DNA of 64,000 nt from Hormiphora californensis (lineage: Eukaryota > Animalia > Ctenophora). Each line of letters starts with the position of its first letter. Within the stretch, counting starts at the first letter, position 1. This document shows, in pieces, positions 24,219 through 51,856 of this stretch. The notes beneath the pieces are model-generated. The model was given only the letters and a program-made list of their open reading frames with translations, was not told where the DNA came from and did no database searches. Made by a program: the position numbers and the translations under genes. The DNA lies in assembly GCA_020137815.1 (NCBI GenBank), contig CM035351.1, positions 8,060,001-8,124,000 of the forward strand, written 5' to 3'.

Positions 24219-26927
24219 CAAAAACAGCTGGTTAATGTATACTGCTTTCACTCTTTCTAGTTTCCTTTCTTCTTCTCGGCTAGGCAGTTTTTAAATGCAT
24301 GGTCCCTTTTAGAAATGCTTACTGAAAATCTACAATTATCATTCTATCTTCGTTATGATTTTGTCTCTTTACTGCTATGCACACACCAGCAGTCATATGT
24401 TAAGTCTTGTACATATTACACCCAGATAATGGGTCATTAACTGCCTAGGATCAGTACATTTCTAATAGCCCCATTAAATACACATGTTTAATGTGTACAT
24501 ACAAGCTTTTAGCTGCTATACAGGTGCAATTTGAGTAAAGTATGCCATCTTGAAACACTTGGGTGGATGACAAAGGAGAGAGAGAGATGGTTGTGGAGGG
24601 AGAGAGATGGAGAGAAAAAAGTGGAGAAAGGAGGGAATTAGGATCATATACCCGGTTAAATATTCATGCTTTTTGTGTTGAACACAAAGCCGTACGTCTG
24701 TCACATTTCTGATTTGAGCTTTGTAATCCTGAAAAAATCCTAAATCAATGGGATTTGGAGCAATTGTTTTGATTTGAATTTGCTCACAGATGATAAAATA
24801 ATTTCAATTTGGTTTCCTAAACTGTTCCTATAACTCATATTTTACTGCTTTCTCCGGGTCTACAGGCAATTGGGCAAAAATAGAAACATGCCCCGGGCGA
24901 TCCTACGGTTGTTGGTAATTATCTTTTCTTCTCTCTCTTATTATCCCATGTCCCAATTCAATAGTCTTGTAATAATACGATTAATTTCATGAGCATATCA
25001 TGCATGCATATATTGCTAGTTCAGTAGGCTGATTATATTCTAAGACCGCTAAATCTCTATCCAAGGGGCATTAACTGTAGAAAGTTACAGTGCTGAGTGT
25101 AATTATCTAGGGGACCAGACCTTGCTCTTTTCTCACATATTGTTATTGTATCAGATGTATCTCACGCCTCCTGCAAGTATTATAATACATCTGCCATATG
25201 TAACGAAGGGGTATAATAGTGTCTCGGTTTACCAGCAATTGTTGCAGTGATTTTGGTTAACAGGTTAAAACTTAAGTTCTGGTTGATTAGTTCATCAAAA
25301 CACTGTGTCCAATTGATCCTAGCTGTCCCATTCTAATCGATCAGCTAGTTGTGGATCACACTTGATCACAACCCTTATTATAAGGGTAAGGCCTTACTCA
25401 ACAAGATCACGCCGTGATTGAGGGGTCGGTTGTTAGGGATCTCGTGGAGCTATCTCTCTCTTCTCTCTGTCTCGCTAGGGAGCTAATGCACACTAGGCTC
25501 CAAACTAGGTAGCTGATACAGATTGCTTTTAGTTCTCCAGTAGTTGGGATATATTATGCTGTTGATCATATTCATTATGTTTCATAAATATAATCCCCAG
25601 AGTTATATGTTTTTATAATTTTCTATTAATATTATGCTACGGAAGGGTTTTCTGGTTTTTTGTTGTCGACGGAATCATGTTTTCCTGATCCTTCTCATCA
25701 CTACAGTCCCACGATCTAATCGCTATATCGAATGTTGTGTTGCATGAACATCATCCTATGTGAATGATTGTATGCATGATACAAATCTCGGCCCCCATAT
25801 AGTTCTTACTAAGCGGAATAAAGTTAAATTTCTAGTACGCAAGTACTTATCCACACGCTACTTATTTGTGATGTTGCCGATCTTGTCTCACGTGCAGGCA
25901 CTTGTCTTAAAACCGCACGAATTCTTTTTGATACAAGCACCACTAAGATTCATGCTTCGAAGCATGATCATGGCTGATCAATAGCTCTGAAAATTAAATG
26001 TCTCCGTAATACACAATTCGCTATATGATTTCCCCAGTCCCTCTCAAGCTCCGAGCTATTGTCCAGGTGCATGCTTGTTGCACACGGGCAGGTCACGTGC
26101 TATTTGCATCTCCCTCTCTGATCTCTCCATCTCTCCATCTATCTCTCTCCATTTATCTATCTATCTCTCTATCTCTGTGACCTCTGATCTACATCTATCT
26201 CTCTCAATCACTGTTCTCTTTCCACACTGTTGAGCGAAAATCCGGGGAAAAGAGATATATCTTGCACGCGTGTGACAATATTTTTACGTCACACATGACT
26301 AGTGAGTGTCACACATTGTCAATTACACTCATCGTATGCGTGTGACATGCTTCCCCCTCCCTCCGCTGCTATGTGGCCGGCCCTCTGGTCAATCCTTCTC
26401 TTTATTCATAGCCATTTGCAGTTCTTTCTCTCTCGGATCTTGCCGACAGTCTAGTAGATCGGTTTTGCGGTTTAGGAATTACTGATCTAGATAGTTTAGA
26501 AGTACCGATCGTGAGGTGCGAGCCTAATGATATACCACACAATTAACTTGTTCTCCTTTTTTGATTCCCTCCTCCCACGCAATCTGTTAAAAACATGTGT
26601 CTAAATGTTTTCGCGTTAAATTCCTTAATGTGCTCGTAGTCGTACGCCGTTCCGTCTAGTATGATATGTAACGAAATCATTAGACTCCGCTGGAAAATGC
26701 GTTGGATTAATTATCCTGACTCAGCACCTAATCCCATGGGGCATATCATACACCAACTTGCTTATTATACCCTGACTTGCTTTAGTTTTGAGATATGACC
26801 CGGGTCCCCCAGGTCGGAGCACATGAGCTGAAGTTCAATATTGATTCTAGGTCTCCCTGATTAGTTCATTATTATCATCTCGTAACCCTCTCTTCTTCTC
26901 TCTCAGCACTAGCTCTGCAGTATACAC

Positions 26928-39350
<12,423 letters not shown>

Positions 39351-39419
39351 GTAAGTAGTCTCATTATCTCATAACACAAATTTGAAGTCTACTTCTTCTT
39401 GGAGGCCGTCTCTTCTTGG

Positions 39420-42400
39420 GTCGAGATGAAGGGTTGGAACCATAGGGTTTCCTTTCCCCGGCCTGGTCCAATTAATTGAAGTCAATGTTTTGCAAATTGC
39501 GTGTCTCCTGCTGTTTTAGTTTTAAAAAGTTTTAACTGGAATTTAGTGGGTTTTAAAAATTCCCCCTTTAAATAGGTGGCCCAAAGTGGAAAGACCCACC
39601 AAAGGGGCCCTAAGAAAAAAAGAAAAAAACCCGAACCTAGGAAAAATCCAAAAAAGCCCCAGCGGTTTCAAAAGATTTTCCCGCTTTCCCCCCCCCCAAA
39701 GGGAAAAACTCCTCTAGGGGGATGGAGGTCCAGAGATGGAAATGGTTTCCCCTAAGTAAAGGGGCCCCAAGTAAAATTAATTAAAAAAAAGGTAAAAAAA
39801 GTTTCCCTAATTGTGTAATAAAGGGGTTGGAAAATTTCAATTGGGGAGTTTCCCTAGTCAAAGGCAAATTTCCCCTGTAAAGGGGGGCCCAAAAAATGTC
39901 CAGGGTTTGTCTCATTAAAGTTTCCCTTGAGAAAGTGAAAGGGGCAATTTATTGAGTTTGGGTTGGGGAAAAATTACCCAGAGGAGTTTCACATTTTTGA
40001 TCCGTGATCTTTAAAATTTTTGGTTTTAATTGATTTCTAAAAAAAGAAATAGTCAAGGGTGGGGGCCATTTTAGCAAAAAAATGAAAAAGTAATTCTTAA
40101 AAAATTAAAATTAAAATTTTTTAAAATTTAATAGATCGTAAATTTACAAAACTAAAATCATTTTCAATGATCAGGAAGTGGGCCAAAAAAGTCAAAATGG
40201 GCCCTGGTCTAAAAGGCCAAAAAAACAAGATTGAGTCCTAAAAGCCTCCTATTGAAAAGTGGGAATCAAAAGGGGGTTTAAAGTATAATAGTTAATTTTT
40301 CCCTCGATATTAAATAAGTTTCTTAATTTTTAGGGCTTTTGGTTTTTTAAAATTTTAGTTTTTTAGATTTAAAAATGAAGGCCCTAAAATATTTCTAACT
40401 TTCCCCGGGAAAAAAAAACAAGGGCATCGAGAAATTTATTTTTTAAAGGTTGACAATGTTTTTTAAAATACAGGGGCCCCCAAAGTTGGAGTTTCTGAAA
40501 ATTTTATTGTAGGATTCTAAAAATTTATTACCCCCTTTTGAACTGTTAAATGATATGTTTGAGTTTGAATTAAAATTTACCTGTTAAAACTTCCTTCAGA
40601 ACAAATTGTTTTTGAAAAAAACACGGCCCCCCGAAAAAGTTAAGGGGGCTTATGTCAAACCGGTATTTTAGTTTTAAATTTTTTTTTTATATTGAAAATG
40701 GGAAGAAATTTTTAAATTAAAAAACCCTTTTTCCTATTAAATACAAATTGGAAAGCACTCCGGGTTTTAGCCTTTACCCCCCTTCTCTCATCAAACAAAT
40801 TAAATAGGGGCCCCAAAAAGTTTTTTCCCGGTTTAAAAGCTTTCCGGGGGTTTCTTTAACCCAAGGCCCGCGCCCTGGGGGAAAAGAATGCGGTCTTTCC
40901 AACTCATTCCACGTTTTTTTCCCGGAAACTTTTTTGCACCACCTCAATTTCTCTTCACCACCCCTTTTTTTAAAAAAACCCCGCAAACGGCACCGCCCCC
41001 TGGGGAAAAATTTAAAAAGTTTGTAAAACGGGAAAACTGAACTTTTTAGGGGCCCTGGGAATTTAAAAAAATTTGAAAACGGTTCAAATTTTCGTTTGCG
41101 TTTTTTAAATGGGGGTCCTGGGGGGCCTCCCCTCCCCAAAGGGGGCCCGGCCCCGGGGTCCTCCCCTACCAAAAACCCACCCAACCCCCTAGCAAAGTTG
41201 GGTGGCCAAGGCCCCCCTACGTCGCCCCCAAATCGCCGCGTTTGAATCCTCCTCCCCAAAAAAAGAGTTGTAGCCTTAGGCCATTTCTTATGGGTTCCCC
41301 CTTCCTGAAAAGAAAAGTTTCAAGCCCAAGCCCCGAAGAACAAGGACCTTGAAAGGGAAAAAATTTTTCCCCTTTGCGGGAAATTTTAAAGTGGTCCAGT
41401 TTTCCTACCAATCCAGACATAAACAGAGGTGGGAGGTTCCCCGAATTTTGTTTGAGGGAGAAAAAGAGAGGGTTTGAACGTTTAGAACCCCTTTGGGGCC
41501 CCCGTTTTGATTGTGAGCAATTTTGTGGTGAGGCCTTAAAAAACTCGGGGGGTTTTTTCCGGAAACCTAATTTTCCCCCTCGTTGGAAATTGAGTGGGTT
41601 TAGTGAACATTTTAACTTTTTTGGGACAAAGTGTCAGTATTGGAATTTATCGAAATTTGGGCCCAAAGGGGGCGGTCTGAATGGGCAGGGGGACCGTGCA
41701 TTTTTTAATTTTGGGCAAGGAGAGAAAAAAGAAAAAGTCAAGGGGAAAAAGGGTCAATTTTCCAAAAATTTGTGTTTAAATGGTTTTAGTGACCGCCCAC
41801 CAGGTTTTTTTTGGTCGCAGTTTTTATGGGTCCCTACTAAAAATCCATCCCTCCGATTTTTGGGGGGTTTATTTCGAGGGGAACAAAAAAAATTTTAAAA
41901 GTTTCGGCCGTTTTGCCAGGCGGTAACCCCCCCGCCCTGTTCGGGCCCCAAATTGTTTTGAAACAACCAAATGGAACCCCTAAACTATGGGGGGACCAAG
42001 AATGAACGGCCTTGGGGGCCCACGGAAACCAACGATAGGGACCTATTGGGGTGGCGCCGGGGTTTTAACATTTGTTTAAAAAAATTTTAAAACGCGATGC
42101 AAAACACCCTGGGGAAATTTTTATTTTCCTAATTGGTTTTTAGTTGATGGGGCCAATGGGGCCCCCGGAAGGTTTTAAAAAGCGGGTTGGGGGATGGTTC
42201 CTTTGTTGGCAATTTGAGGGCCCGGGGAATCCTCCCCCAGATTGGGGACCGGGTTTTCGATTGACGGGACAATTAACCTACTCCCCCCCTTTATTCCTAA
42301 ACCGCTTTAGAGAAAAGGGGGGGGGCCGGGAAAAAAAACCCCCCAAAAGGGAAAAAAAGGGGAATTAAAGGTTGAGCTTTTTAGGAAAAAAGAAAACCAA

Positions 42401-45400
42401 CTTTTTTTTTAAAAAGGGGGGGGGAAGAAAAGCAAGGAAAGAGGGGAGGCCGGGAATTGAGGGGGTGACGATGAAGAAGGTTTTTTTTTTTTTGGGAATT
42501 TCCCTGATAGGGGCGGAACGGGGAAAACCACAAAAGATTTTTTTGAGACCGGGGGGGGTTTGAGAACAACCCCCCGGGGAGGTAGTGGGCAACTCCCCCG
42601 GGGGAAAAATGCTAAAAAAATTTTACGGAACAAAATTATTCATTAGACCCAAAAGCACGTTTGCCCTTTTCGTTTTTCTTCAATGAAACCCTGCCGCAAA
42701 GGGGTTTGGGGGGTTTTTGTTTTTAAAAAAACGAAAAATATTTAATTTTATTAAAAGGGGGGTTTTTTTTTCCCGGGCGTTCATTTTTTAATAGGGAAAA
42801 GTTTTTAAAAATTTATTTTTGGGCCTTTTTCCCCCAAATTAAATCCCCCGGGGGAGGTTTGGAAAGGTAAAAAAATGTCCCCTAACCTTTTTAAGTTAAA
42901 AAAATTTTTTTTTGGAAAAATTTAAACCCCTATGCCTTTTTAAAATAAAAAGGGGGGGGGATGTTCGGCCCACCCGGGCAGGGAAAAAATTTTTGGGGCC
43001 CTCACAGGGATTTGGATTTTATTTTCCCTGAAGGGCCGAAAACGGCAGGGACGTATTTTTTACCTTTTTCCGGAGGAGGGGAAAAAGGGAAAATTTTTTC
43101 CCTACTCTCCCCATCTAAAATTTTAAAAATTTGCCAATTTATTTTGGGTCCACTTCATTTTTAAAGTTTTCGTTGCCACTTTCGTTTTTTTATTTTGATT
43201 TGATTTTTAGTTTCTTAATCTTTTTTTAAATATAGTACCTTGACAAGTATTTTGTTTTGAAATCAAGTTAATTAGATTTTCCTTTTGGCGTTTTTTAGAC
43301 GGGATCCCCCGGGTTTTGAGAACCCTTGCCCCAAGTTCCTTCACCCCAAAGGGGTTTTAAAAATTTAGGGTATCCGGGTTAGAAAATGTTTTTCCCGAGA
43401 ATTTCCAAGGGCACAGTGGAGTACCCTAAACCAGTAATGAGGAAAATAAGGTTTTGGGTTCCCGGGCTCCTTCAAAAAACCCAGGGCCCTTGGTTTTTGG
43501 GGGTTGGGTTGCATGACTTTCATGTATGTTGGGTTACCCCGGGGGGTTTAAAAGGGGGGTTTTTCTTGTTGGGAAAAGATTTGCAGTTTGTTAAAACCCA
43601 AAACCTGTATTTTAAGGAGGGCAGTGGGGAATTTAAAAGGAGAACGGGGGGGAAATTTTGGAGGTTCCCCTAAGGTTTGGGGGTTTTTGGGGACGATTCA
43701 GGGGGTTGGCTTTGGGAAAATTTTCCAAATTTAGGACGGAAAATTAAGAATCCTAGGTTTTAAATTTGGGAAAACCCCTAACAAAGCAGAAAGGGGGAGG
43801 GGGTTTGATTCCACGTCCCCAAAAGCCGCCTTAAAAAAAAACTGACGGGTTTCTTTAATTTTGCCCCCAACCCAGGGCCCGTTTTCTTTGGTTTCCCTTA
43901 AAAATCATTTGGGTTTCCCCCCCCCCCAAGGATTGTTGTTCGGGGGTGGGGTCCCTTAATAAACACTAATAGCCCCCAGGCCCATTGCTGGAAAGGGCAG
44001 GGGAAAGGGTGAAATCCCAAACTTCCAGGAATCAAGAGAAGTTGGGAGGCTTTTGTTGAGGAGACGGGCAAGGGTGGTAAAATTGACCCCCCAGGTTGCT
44101 CAAAAGGGGCGATTTGGAGTTTTCTGGGGGCCAAAGTTTTTTGAGGGTCGGGCAAGGAGTGAAAAAAAAAATAAATCAAAATCAGTGTTTGGGGGGAAAA
44201 TGACAAAAGATTTCAACCACTAAACGGTGGGAAGTGGTTCTAGTTACCGGGATGTTCACTTGGGCCCAGAAAGTTTTTTATTGGATTGACAGTAGAGGGA
44301 CTTTGAAGTTTTTTGGAATTTTGGGGATTATTTTAAAGGTTTCAAAAAAAAAACAAACTGCAAAAAACATTGGGGACAATTTGAGTTTTTATTAAAAACC
44401 CAAAGAGAAAAAAAATGGTTGTTTTGTTTGAAGTGACCCTTTAATGTTTTACCAGCTTTGTTTTTTTTTTAATGATCATGTTTAAAATTTTTTATCTTCC
44501 TTTTACCTTTTTTTTTGGGGTCAGTAGCTTTTGGCGAAGAGGGAAAAAAGAATTGGGGGATTTTAATCCGTGGGTATCATTGGGTTCAGGAGTGAAAGAT
44601 GGTAATTGGGGGACTTGGGTCGCCAGGGAAAAAGGGATAAGATATGAAAAGCAACACTTTTATTTTTCTGCGCGGTTTCGCGCGCGCTGCCCCCTTTCCC
44701 CCTAGAGTCGGTTAAAAGGGCAAAGGGTTTTTGTAAATTTTTGTTCTTTGTTCCATCATATAATTTGGAAATCTAATGATGACCTAACACCCCCTTAGAT
44801 ACCCCGGAGCCCCTGTAAACCCCCCCCAAAACCAAGCTTTCCTCCCTCCTTCTTAAACCATCCCTTTCCCCCCCCTAATAACCATCCCCCATGAACCATC
44901 CCTCTCCCCTGAAACCCCCTCTCGCCCAGTTATTTGTAACGTGCCCAAGTTTTGACATCAGATTTTCCACACGTGGACAGCATGTGTAGTTGAGGGGCGT
45001 ACAAACATGAGAATCAAGGCTTTTTTTATATAACTAATGCAAGATTTTTCCCCTTATAAAAGAGGTCGATTGTGGTGGGGGAAAAGGGTTCAAACCCAAA
45101 TTCATAAATAATAGACACCGTGCACAGGGTTATGACTTGGGTTGAAATGATTAAAAAAAACATTTTTGGAGGAGATAATTTGAGTGCATGCACCTCTACA
45201 AACGGGTTTTCATTCGTTAAAAAGGGTTACATGGTATTTTACATGTGGGGATATTATCCACCAGTCGTCACTGGTATACTTCCGTAATTGCCTAGTTGAA
45301 CCCTCTCTCTCCGCTCCCCGGATGAGGGTTAGAAAAAAACTTTTCCAACGGGAATTTGGGCCTTTTTTTTTTTGAATATTTTAAGGGGAGAATGGGTCCA

Positions 45401-48400
45401 ATAAAAACTAAAAAAAAAGGGGGGGAAAACTATTTGAATATTCGGTTTTTTAAACTTTAAAAACTTTTACTCTTTGTTTAGTTAGAACCCATCTGGCCTT
45501 TTCCGGTATGCCCCCTTCTCTCCACCCTGTTGGTGGGCTCCAGTGCTGTCTACTGCTCCCTACAGGGACCTGGCCCAATTTTGGGTTCCATCACCGGGAG
45601 CTTTTGGCGGGGAAAAAAAAAATCGGGCCCTTCTTTCACCCCGGTTTCCTTCTCCCCGGTGAACACCTAAATTTCCACTTTTTAAATTGTTTTTTTAAAT
45701 AGTTTTCCAAACCGCCCCTATTTTTAATTTCGGCTGGCAAAATTTGTTAAAGTGGGGGTGGGGGGGGGGGGGAACAAAAAAAGTTTCCAAAACAACCCCC
45801 TCCAGGCCGCTATGGTCTAAAATTTTGGGATCCCTTGACACCCAATTTTTCCCCTTTAGGTTCACCGGGCAGGTTTTGTACTGACGAATAACCATTTTCA
45901 TCCCCTTTTTTTTGGTTTTGGTCCCTAAGGGGAAAAAATTCTAGTCACCCCTGGCCCCCACTCTTTTCGTTTATGGGTTCATTTGCTTTTTTCCCCTTTT
46001 CCCCCCCCCCCTTCGGGAATCTTTATGGTTGGTTGTTTTTTGAACCCCCCCCCCCCCTTTCGGGAATCATTATGGGTTGCTAGTTGTTTGGACCCCCTTT
46101 CAACTTCAAAAATGGCCACTCCCCGGGTTCTTCCATTTCTCCCCCCGACAAGAGGGAGTTCGGGAGAAAGTGGGGGCACAGCGGAGGGGGGGGTTTGTGG
46201 AAACTACGGGGGGAGGTAGGGGAAACCCGGGAGGTCCAGGATAACCATGGTTAAAAGGGCCGGGCTGGACGTTTCTTAAACCCGGGTACTGGTATAAAAA
46301 GGGTTTTTTAATTGGACAAGGGTAAAAAACCAGAGGGGACAGGAGCCCCCCCCGTAAAAAGTAGCTGTGGCGTGTTAGTATCGTGTGACATCAGACACAC
46401 ATTTCTGTCTTACGGTTAAAAACATATTTTTAAAAAGGTCAGGAATAATTGGTCCTCCCTCTAGTTTGAACAAAATAGGAAAACAAATTGTGTTTTGTGT
46501 AGTAAAATCTTTCTTCACAGTGACGCTGACTTTAGAGAGGCGATGAGGAAAAAGCATGCGGGGGAAGGAGAGAGGAGGGGAAAGGGGGGGAGGGGGGAAC
46601 CCACCCCATCAGCCCCCCCACCAAAGGGCTACACCCCCTCCCTCTTGGGTTAGACAAAACTGGGAAGGGAGTTAGCATATCTTTTGTAAGGGGGGGGGTT
46701 TCCCAAAATCACGACTCCCCCCCCCCAAATTATTTTGGGGTGTGTCGGGGTTTCTTGGATAAACAATAAAAAATGTATGACCCAAAGTTTCCATTATATT
46801 TGAATTTTTTAGTTTGCAAATTGTTTTTTTAAAAAAAATAATCACATTTTTAACCCTGCTGAGGAGCTTTTTTTTGGGGGAAATTAAAATTAAACCCCCA
46901 TCTCCCTCAACCCGGATACTTTTAAGCATTACCACCCCCACAACATGACATCAGCAGTGCTTAATTTTTCCAAAAATTTTGGGTTTCCCTAACATGTGAA
47001 GGAAAGACGAGGGCCCCTGGAAAAAAAAACCCAAAAAATCCGCTGCCGGAGCCAAAAAGGGTAAGGAAAATAAATTTATTTATTTTGGGGGTTTCCTTTT
47101 CCGCCTCTTTTCCTCAGTACGTTACATTTCCAGGGAGCAGCCAGAAGAAGAAGATAAAAGCCCGGGTGCGGGGAAGTGGGGGGGATGGCGTGACCCTAAA
47201 AGAAATCAACCCCACCCGACCGGGCAGGGGATAGAAGAATCCAAGGGGACGTGCGGCCAAAAAAAAAAAAAAGCGGGGTTTGAGAAAACCCCTTTCTGTT
47301 GCTTATCTCTCCCAAACGGGGGATTTTTTTACATATAATTTTACATATTTAGCAAATTTTAAAAAACCCCCCCCCCCCCCCCGGGCCCCTCGTCAACTCT
47401 CTTTGTAGGCGGGGAAGATGCACCCTGGGGGCGAGAGCAAAACTGTTTGGAACCAGGGGGAGGAGATTTTTCAAAACAGTTAAAAGAGGAAAATGCAATT
47501 AGCCTAAACCCCCCCCCTAAACCTCCCTAAAACCTAATGCAAAACCACTTAAATGTGAGTTGCCCGACAGTTGTTTACTGGTAGACCAGGGTTTAACTAT
47601 GTTGCCATGGTTACTTAGACCAGAGTTTAACTATATGTTGCCAGGTTACGGGGGTCACACAAAAAAAAAGACACCACAGCAGCAGGGGGGTTCCCAAGTA
47701 GGGGGTGAAGGAGGAAGAGGAAAAGATGAGGTTTGTTCCCCCCCGTTTTTGGGTTTAAAAAAGAGCGTGATTGGAATATCCCCCGGGTGACGAATACCCT
47801 AACGGAAATCCCATTGAGTGAGTACGAGAAATTTTAACCAAAATGTTGGAAAAATTTCCCGTTATTTTCTTTTTTTCGCTGTTCCCGGGCCCCAGCCCGG
47901 CCCCAAAATTCCCCTTCGGCCAATCTCTGCCACGCATTCTCGCCCCGTGAAAATGGGGTTTAGGCCAATCCCTTGACAGAAATTCCCTTTTTAATTTGAG
48001 ACACTAATATGAGTGCAGTTGTCATTTTATTTTACATAATATTTAGCAGGGCTATAATTTATGCAATATGCATAGCACAATAAAGAATTTAAGCACCTGC
48101 TGAGAGTCTCCTGTACCCACCAATAATACTCACTCTAAATTTTAAAAATATTCTAAAACTTTCCCCAATAGTTTGGGGGTAATTTTAGGATTGTCCCTAC
48201 AAAAAAATCCCGCCTTAATCAGAGAGCTGTGAACCATCATCTTTCACACTACAAAAACCTTAAGTTTCGTCAAGAAAAATTTCCTTTTTTTCTCTTTTCT
48301 CTCTCTCTCTCTTTCTTTCTCCTTCCCCACAATTTTTGTATGCCAGTAGAAAGGGAATCTGTGCCATCTGGACAAGGTTCGTTGCCAGACAGGTGCAGAG

Positions 48401-51400
48401 AATACACGGTCAGGTACACCCCCCGTAAAGGGAGTGCACACTCAGTAGGATATGTTTGTAGGGGAAGGGTAGAGAGATAGCCAGTCTGCCGACAGGTTTG
48501 GTAAATGAAAACCTGGGGGGGGAGGATTAAAAAAGTATTTTTTCAACTGGTATTGTCTTGCTACCCTGTATCCCCCGGCCCGCACGGAAAAAAAAATTAA
48601 AAAAGGGCCTAACGACCCGCATTGGCCGAAGGCTGAGGCATCTTTATGAGAAAAATTTAACTTTTTCCCCCCCCTTCCCGTAACAGCAGATATTATAAAA
48701 GGGGCCCACCATAACAAGATCAGTACCTTCACACAAGTTGTGTAGACGGGGGGTCAGGGTTTCAGGTTTCTCCCCGGTGTCCCCAGAAAATGACTAGTAA
48801 CAACACCACCGTGACAGAAGGGGGTTAGGAAGGGTCCATAAGGCCCAAGTGCCATTTTGGGGTTGCTTGGGTTACCATGCCCCAACAAGGTTTTTTTACC
48901 ATTTTCCAGGGTGACTAAAGCAAAGTAAGGCATGTTTGAGGGGTAATAGGCCATCTGTCCTACCCGTCCAGAGAACCAGTGCTATCTGGTGCACCTCACC
49001 CCCGTAATGCCAGAATCCGGTGAACACACGACGTACCAGGAGATCCATGTTGCAAACCAAACTCGGCTGGAAAACAGAAAACAAGTTCTTGGGGGGGAAA
49101 ATTTCCCAAACACAGTGTGTGGTTTGAGGGGGGGGCCCCCAGGGGGGGAAAATTTGAATTTTTTGTGTAGTTTGGTGGTTTAAAATGTTCCTGGGGCAAA
49201 AAACCACAGAAGTTTGCGTAATTGTTCGTCACCCAAAATTGGGGAAGGATTTTTAAATTATAAAAGGGGGGATTATTTACAAAAAAACATTTTCCCCGTT
49301 AATTTTTCCCCCGATGTTTTTTTGGGAAAATAATTCCCCCCTTTTCTTTCCCATTTTAAGTTATCGGGTGATTGCATAACTGAAACTTTTGCGGGAAAAG
49401 CTTAGCCCCTCCGAAAATATTGAATTTTTCATACAGACAAAAACCCCTTTATAAGGGTGGGTTTTTTAGGGCAAATCGAGATCCCCTGGTAAAAAAAATC
49501 GGGGGTTGGGGAGATTTTTTGTAGTAAACTCTCTTATGATTTATAAAATATCCAGCTTAATCTGTCCACCCCCCACGAAGGAGAGGAATAAATCATTTCC
49601 CCTTCAAATACGAGAAAACTTCACACCACCCCCTTTAAAACTAAAAACATGTTTTAACTATACATACCCCATTTGTTCACTCCTCCCGACCCGGCCCCAA
49701 AACAGTTTCCCCAAAACCCTAAAAACTCGGCTTGAAAAGGGCTCCCCAGTCGGTCCATCATGAACATACCTCTACCCATATCTAAACTTTTTTATCCCCT
49801 CCCCTGTCAAAACTATTTTTCCCCCCCTTTGTTTCCCCCCCATACCCCCTCGGGGAAGGGTACACTATACGTAAAGCGAGCATTGGAACTCCGGGAGAAA
49901 AACACGGAGTTCAAATAAAAGTTAAACAGCATGTTACGGTTGGATACCATACCAAAAAACGAACTTGGGGAAAACACATGAATTCCCGCTTCGCAAATTA
50001 TTAAAAATTTTAAATGCCCGGGAATTTTTTTGGGGGTAAGGGGGGGTTTGTTTTTTATTAAATTTTTAAACGGAAAAAAGCGGGGGGGAGGGTTTTGGGG
50101 CCGTTTAAAAAACATTTTCTATTAAAAATTTGGGTTTCCTCAAATTGGGTGAAATTTTTCGAGAATATTAAAATTGAACGGAACCAGAAAAAACCAAAAC
50201 TGTTTAATTGGTTTCCTGTTTTATTTAAAAACCCAGACATTTTCTGAACGGGTTTGTTAAATGGCCCCCAGTTAATTTTAAACACTATATATACTAACAG
50301 TTGCTTTGTAATACTACTATTATTACCGCCAGAAGAATAACCACCCGTTCATTTCACTTCTGCATTGGCAAATAGTTAATCCAACTTTAAAAAACCCCTT
50401 TGTAAATCGGTTTTTTATTCCCCCCCAAAAAAAAATTTCAAAGAATGGAAAAGGGAAGGGGAAAATCAAAAACTCGGTGAGTAATTAAAAAAAAGGTAGG
50501 TGTCCCCTTGAAACCCTTTTATATACTAAATTTTGCAAAAAAAAAGGAAGGAGGGAATAAAGAAAGGGGAAGAGGGGGGGCCCCCGGGGCCCCCCCAAAA
50601 AAAAACCCCCCCTTTTTCTCCCTTTTTTTTTCCCCCCCCCCCCCTTTTTTCCCCCCTTTTTTTTCCCCCCCCCCCAAAAGGGGGAAAACAGTAATGAGGG
50701 ACCCTTTTCTTGAAAGCTATCTCTATCAAAAAATCTTTTCTATTTCTCATGCGTTAAAAGGGCCCAGTTAATACTTTTAAAAAATTTTAATGAAAGGCAT
50801 TTTGTTTCAATTTTAAAAAATTTTCCCTAAATCGTTGAAAATATACCCGGATTGGCAGACCCGGAAAAATGGGAGAATTTTAAAAAATTTAAATTTCTTT
50901 TACAAAAAAGGGATTTTGGGAAAAAATTTTAAAAAATTTTTTTTTTCCCCAAATTTATTAAAAAAAAAAGAAAATTTGACCAAACCTTTTTAAAAATTCA
51001 TTGGGGAAGGGGGATTTGGGTTAAAGGGTTTGGGCCCCGGGGGAAAAAACAATGGGAAATTGGGGGCAAAAGGGGCCCCCCCTTTTATGTTGGTAATTGG
51101 GGGCATTTTTTAGCAAAGGGCATTAGGGGAATTTTGGTTTTTGGGGGGGTAATTTTTCCTATTTTTGGGGTGAAATTTTTTTTGGGGCATTTTGGGGTTT
51201 TTTTCGGGGGTTTTTTAATTTTTTTGGGTTTTTCCAACCCTGGGCCCCCCTTTTAGTTTGACCTTTGGGTCCTGGAGGGTTTTTTTAAAAATTTTATTTA
51301 AACCCAATGGGCAATTCCATTTTTTCCCTTTTTAGTGAGTTTATTCCCCCCCCCGGGGGGTTTTCATAGGGGCGCCGGGGTCTTTTGTTAAAAATCCAAG

Positions 51401-51823
51401 GGGGGGGCGGGGGGGGGGGCCCGGTTGAAAAAAGGGGGAAAAAAAATTTTATTGCGGATGGGGAAAACTTGGGTAAAGGGGAAATTTTTTTAAAGGGGGG
51501 GGTTTTTTTTTAATGGGGAAAGGGGTTTTTAAAAAGCCCAAAGGGGAAAAATTTGGGGGGGGGGGGGGTTTTAGGGGAAAAACCCAAAAGGGGGGTTTTA
51601 TGGGGGCCGGGGCCCTTAAAGGTCCGAACGGGGAAAGAAGGCCCCGGTTATAGGGGTGGGCCCCCCCCCCGGTTTCTTTTTTTTGTAATTTTTACAAACC
51701 CCCGGGGTTAAAGTTAAACCCCGAAACCCCCTTATTAATGGAGAAAAATAGGTATAAACAGGGGGTTTTTTTTAAATTGAAAAGGTTTCAATTTTGCCCA
51801 AATGAATTTTCCTTTTTTTTCAA

Positions 51824-51856
<33 letters not shown>
